Shown: positions 60,308 to 64,000 of the stretch, in pieces | How positions within the stretch are numbered: position 1 is the first letter of the stretch | How the letters are laid out: every line of letters begins with the position of its first letter | Source: Candidatus Latescibacterota bacterium | Lineage (GTDB): Bacteria > Latescibacterota > UBA2968 > UBA8231 | Reading direction: 5' to 3' | Length of the DNA stretch: 64,000 nt | NCBI GenBank assembly: GCA_964291625.2 | Contig: OZ220089.1 | Span: 4,128,001 to 4,192,000 of the forward strand | The notes under the pieces: model-generated | Databases searched by the model: none | Seen by the model: the letters and a program-made list of their open reading frames with translations, nothing else | Told to the model about the DNA's origin: nothing | Program-made: the position numbers and the translations under genes

Positions 60308-61609
60308 ATGCCCACCGACCTCGCGCAACACATCGAAGAGACGCCCCTGTGCGACACCCACGAGCACCTGCGCAGGGAACCCGACTGGGTCGACGACGGC
60401 CCGGACATCCTCCGCGATCTGTTCGAGAACTACGTGCCCGCCGACCTGCACTGCGCCGGGGCCCCGGAGGAAGCGATGGCCCGGCTCATGGACGCGTCGG
60501 ACCCGGACGTGGAAGGCCGCTTCGAGGGCATCCGGCCGGCCTGGGAGGCGGCGCAGTTCACCGGATACGGCGAGGCCGTGCGCCTCATCGCCAGCGAGAT
60601 CTACGGCCTGCCGGAGCTGACCGGTGCCCGTCTGGCCGGCGCCCAGGAGACCCTGAACGGGCTTCGCCGGCCGGGTCAGCGTCTCCATCTGCTGCGCGAC
60701 CGCGCCAACCTCGACCACGTGCAGGTGGACGACTTCCGCTGGGTCAGCGAGCCCGACGCCTCCGGGCCGGAGTTCTTCCTCTACGACCTGTCGTGGGCGA
60801 ACTTCTGCTCGGGGACGATCGACTTCGGGGCCGTTGCGGCCGAGACCGGGGTGACGGTGACGGACCTGGCGTCACTGCGGCAGGGGATGGAGGGCCTCTT
60901 CGAGAAGCACGGTCCCTGCGCCATCGCGGTGAAGGCCCAGCACGCCTACAACCGGACCCTGCTGTGGGAGGAGCGCAGCGACGCCGACGCCGCCCGGGCC
61001 CTGGAGGCGGCCCTGAAGCCGGACCCGGAGGGGCTGGATGAGGGCACCCGCCTCTGCCTGGGCGACTGGTGCTGGGCCCGCGGCGTGGAGCTGGCCATCG
61101 AGCACGACCTGCCCTTCAAGCTGCACACCGGCTACTACGCGGGCAGCGACCGGATGCCGGTGGACCGGATCCCGGCGGGCAACCTGTGCCGCCTGCTGGC
61201 GAAGTACCCCGACGCCCGGTTCGTGCTGATGCACATCGCCTATCCGTACTGCGACGAGCTGGTGGCCCTGGCCAAGCACTACCGCAACGTCTGGGTCGAC
61301 CTGTGCTGGGCCTGGGCGATCGATCCCTTCAGCTCCTGCGATTTCGTGCGCCGCTTCCTGCACGCGGCGCCGGTGAACAAGCTCTTCGGCTTCGGCGGCG
61401 ACACGGGCTGGCCGACGAGCGCCGCGGCGTACGCGATTCAGGCGCGGCGGTGGCTGACGCGGGCCCTGGAGGCGGAGGTGGGGGACGGCCTGCTGACGGA
61501 GGCCCAGGCCATGGGGGTGGCGACCCGCCTCATGCAGCAGAACCAGCGGGACTGCTTCGACCTGGAGGGCACCCGGTCGGCGATCCGCGAGGCGATGGCC
61601 GGGAGCTGA
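60308..61609 (+). CDS. Amidohydrolase family protein (uronate isomerase/lactonase-like TIM barrel)
   Basis: DTHEH, KLHTG, LMH, FGGD metal ligands. Confidence 0.85.
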   Translation: MPTDLAQHIEETPLCDTHEHLRREPDWVDDGPDILRDLFENYVPADLHCAGAPEEAMARLMDASDPDVEGRFEGIRPAWEAAQFTGYGEAVRLIASEIYGLPELTGARLAGAQETLNGLRRPGQRLHLLRDRANLDHVQVDDFRWVSEPDASGPEFFLYDLSWANFCSGTIDFGAVAAETGVTVTDLASLRQGMEGLFEKHGPCAIAVKAQHAYNRTLLWEERSDADAARALEAALKPDPEGLDEGTRLCLGDWCWARGVELAIEHDLPFKLHTGYYAGSDRMPVDRIPAGNLCRLLAKYPDARFVLMHIAYPYCDELVALAKHYRNVWVDLCWAWAIDPFSSCDFVRRFLHAAPVNKLFGFGGDTGWPTSAAAYAIQARRWLTRALEAEVGDGLLTEAQAMGVATRLMQQNQRDCFDLEGTRSAIREAMAGS

Positions 61610-61611
61610 GA

Positions 61612-62757
61612 ATGAAGATCGTCGACGTCGGGGCGGTCCTGCTGCAGCCGATGCCGTGGGTGCTGGTCAAGGTGCGCACCGACGAGGGGGTCACCGGCAT
61701 CGGCGAGGCCTACCACGGGGCCGGGGTCCACCACATCGCCGTCGACGAGCGCCTCACCCGGCGCGCCCTCATCGGCCAGGACCCGCGCAACGTGGACAGG
61801 CTCTTCCGCGACATGAAGGACTCCATGTCGGCCTCGGGGTACTACCAGGGGGCGGTGATGAGCGCCATCAGCGGCCTCGAGATGGCCCTGTGGGACATCA
61901 CCGGGCAGGCCCTCGGGGTGCCGATCTGGCAACTCCTCGGGGGGGCCTGGCGCGACTCGATCCGCGTCTACAACGACTGCCACGCCGGCGACGAGGACGA
62001 CGATCCCGGGTCCTGGGCGGCCAAGGCGAAGGCGGTGGAGGCCCGCGGCTTCGACGCCCTCAAGTTCGACATCGACCCTCGCCCGGACCGGCGCGACCGC
62101 TACAACCGCACCATGAGCAACCGCGACATCGCCTTCCACGTCGAGGTGGTCACCGCCATCCGCGAGGCCCTCCACCCGAACACGGACCTGCTCATTGACG
62201 CCCACTGGGCCTACGCCCCCCACGACATCCTCAAGGTCGCCTACGCCTTCGAGAAGCTGGACCTGATGTGGCTGGAAGACCCGGTTCCCGCGGAGAACGT
62301 GGCCGCCCTGAAGGAGGTCAAGGCGGCGACGCGGGTTCCGATCTGCACGGGGGAGAACCTCTACACCCGGCACGGGTTCCGGGAGCTGGTGGAGACCCAG
62401 GCGACGGACATCATCTCCCCCGACCTCGCCAAGGCGGGGGGCCTGTCGGAGGGGCGGCGCATCGCCGATCTGGCCGACATCTACTACATGCCGATCTCGC
62501 CCCACAACATCTGCGGCCCCATCGGCACCATGGCGATGGCCCACGTCTGCGCCGCTTCCCCCAACTTCCAGGTCCTCGAGTTCCACCACCTCGACAACGA
62601 GATCTGGAACAGCCTGACGGTGGAGCGCGACCTGATCGTGGACGGGCACATCCCCCTGCCGCGCGCTCCCGGTCTCGGCGTCAGCCTCGACGAGGAGGCG
62701 GCGCGCCGGGCGGCGCGGGAGGACCTGGGGTTCTTCGACGGGGAGGGCGGCGGCTAG
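61612..62757 (+). CDS. Enolase-superfamily acid-sugar dehydratase (galactonate/gluconate dehydratase-like)
   Basis: EMALWDI, KFD, IDAH, LEDP, TGEN, PHN, PGLG. Confidence 0.92.
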   Translation: MKIVDVGAVLLQPMPWVLVKVRTDEGVTGIGEAYHGAGVHHIAVDERLTRRALIGQDPRNVDRLFRDMKDSMSASGYYQGAVMSAISGLEMALWDITGQALGVPIWQLLGGAWRDSIRVYNDCHAGDEDDDPGSWAAKAKAVEARGFDALKFDIDPRPDRRDRYNRTMSNRDIAFHVEVVTAIREALHPNTDLLIDAHWAYAPHDILKVAYAFEKLDLMWLEDPVPAENVAALKEVKAATRVPICTGENLYTRHGFRELVETQATDIISPDLAKAGGLSEGRRIADLADIYYMPISPHNICGPIGTMAMAHVCAASPNFQVLEFHHLDNEIWNSLTVERDLIVDGHIPLPRAPGLGVSLDEEAARRAAREDLGFFDGEGGG

Positions 62758-62758
62758 G

Positions 62759-63643
62759 CTACCAGGTCCTCTCCTTCAGCAGGTCCTGGATCGCCTCCCT
62801 CGGGACCGGCAGCTCGTCCATGCGGTCTTCCAGCCACTCGGAGAAGTCCGCCTCCATGGCGTCCGTCCACCGGTCGTCGACCTGGCCGGGGGTGTACTTC
62901 CCTTCCCGCAGCCGCTGCTGGCCGAACATGTCCCTGAGCCGGACCAGCTCGGAGGTCTGCACCAAGCTCTCGGCGAGGTGGGGTGGGATGAAGACGACCC
63001 CCTCGCGCTTGCCGAGGACCACGTCCCCCGGCATGACCGTGGCCTGTCCGATGCGGATGATCGTGTTGACGCCGGTGAGCATGATCGTCGGCGAGGCGTA
63101 GGAGGGATGCCAGCCGCGGACGAAGCAGGGGAAGTCGGGCATCTCCTCGATCCCTTCCAGGTCGCGAACCGACCCGTCGAAGACCACGCCGTTGCCGGAG
63201 TTTGCGTAGATCGCCGTCGCCAGGTTGTCGCCGATGATGGGGCCCTGGTCCACCTTGCCGAACATGTCGGCCACGTAGACGTCGCCCGCCACCAGCATGT
63301 CGATGGGCCAGGAGATCTGGTCGCCGATGCAGCCGTGGTCGGCCCCCCTGGCGTCCATGACCGCGCGCACGGCGGGTCTCCGGGGCATGTACATCGCCGT
63401 GAGGGCCCGGCCCACCAGCGTCTGGCCGGGATGCGTCTGCTGCCATCCCCCCTCGTACTGGTGCTGGTACCCCGCGCCGCCCACAACGCCCCAGGCCTGG
63501 GTGATGGTCACGCCCTGCATCCGCTCGAGGATCGCGTCCGGCACCCTCGGGCGGCCGTCGGCAGAGCGCTCGCCGTCCCAGTCCGGCGTGTACTCGACCA
63601 GTTCCTCGGGGGTCAGGTTGAGGGGGCAGAACCTCCCGGACAT
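62759..63643 (-). CDS. RraA family protein (HMG/CHA aldolase-like)
   Basis: VGRALT, GDNLAT, GVVFDGSVRD, VMPGDVVLG..GVVFIP. Confidence 0.88.
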   Translation of the reverse strand: MSGRFCPLNLTPEELVEYTPDWDGERSADGRPRVPDAILERMQGVTITQAWGVVGGAGYQHQYEGGWQQTHPGQTLVGRALTAMYMPRRPAVRAVMDARGADHGCIGDQISWPIDMLVAGDVYVADMFGKVDQGPIIGDNLATAIYANSGNGVVFDGSVRDLEGIEEMPDFPCFVRGWHPSYASPTIMLTGVNTIIRIGQATVMPGDVVLGKREGVVFIPPHLAESLVQTSELVRLRDMFGQQRLREGKYTPGQVDDRWTDAMEADFSEWLEDRMDELPVPREAIQDLLKERTW

Positions 63644-63651
63644 CTGGCGGC

Positions 63652-64000
63652 TCAGCCCAGGTCCAGGTTGAAGTCCGCGGGGTCGAGGCCGCTCTCCCCG
63701 GCCAGTCCCCGCAGGCTGATCAGGACGTCCTCGGGCATGGCGATCCCCTCGGCCAGGGCCCGCTCCCGGTGGTTCCACTCGATCTCGCCCGGCAGGAAGA
63801 TGGTCCCCCCCCTGGCCGGAGAGGCGCCCTTGATCTCCTGGCACATGGCGTCCATGCGGGCGTGGAACTCCTGCAGCGGCATCATGGCGCCCACGTCGAT
63901 GGCGACGAAGGCGTGACCCTGGTTCGAGGGCTCGTCCGTGTCGGCCACCCAGCTGTGGACGCCGCTCATCATCGCCGCTCCGCTGAGGGTGGCCGTCAAC
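63652..64000 (-). CDS. Ldh_2 (malate/L-lactate dehydrogenase-like) oxidoreductase, 5' partial
   Basis: LSGA..GHAFVAID..IFLPGEIE..GI C-terminal pattern. Confidence 0.82.
   Translation of the reverse strand, partial: LTATLSGAAMMSGVHSWVADTDEPSNQGHAFVAIDVGAMMPLQEFHARMDAMCQEIKGASPARGGTIFLPGEIEWNHRERALAEGIAMPEDVLISLRGLAGESGLDPADFNLDLG

Overview
High-GC bacterial chromosomal segment from a diderm. The gene content and order (zapA-rny-ymdB-xseAB, several non-canonical Omp85-like barrels, expanded PhyH dioxygenases and enolase-superfamily enzymes) suggest an FCB-group organism such as Latescibacterota or Gemmatimonadota; this is inference only. 1-31 kb is mostly housekeeping and envelope genes: class II RNR with NrdR and its operator boxes, a TPR-exbB-exbD-exbD-tonB operon, ECF sigma/anti-sigma-accD-bioY, surE, rpmI-rplT-pheST-zapB-like-zapA-rny-ymdB-xseAB, and a frameshifted peptidase/beta-propeller/Omp85 gene. 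32.6-47.9 kb holds the most unusual element, an apparently single 15-kb sigma54-controlled operon. It encodes one periplasmic adaptor, one ABC ATPase, six MacB-like permeases in three tandem A/B pairs, a small membrane protein, an NtrC-type two-component system and a translationally coupled DUF5686-like barrel, with no TolC. 48-64 kb is a catabolic region (TPP enzyme, three PhyH dioxygenases, two enolase-superfamily dehydratases, amidohydrolase, RraA aldolase, oxidoreductases). No tRNA, rRNA, CRISPR array, transposase or integrase was recognised. Most long ORFs in the supplied track are antisense or alternative-frame shadows of real genes.
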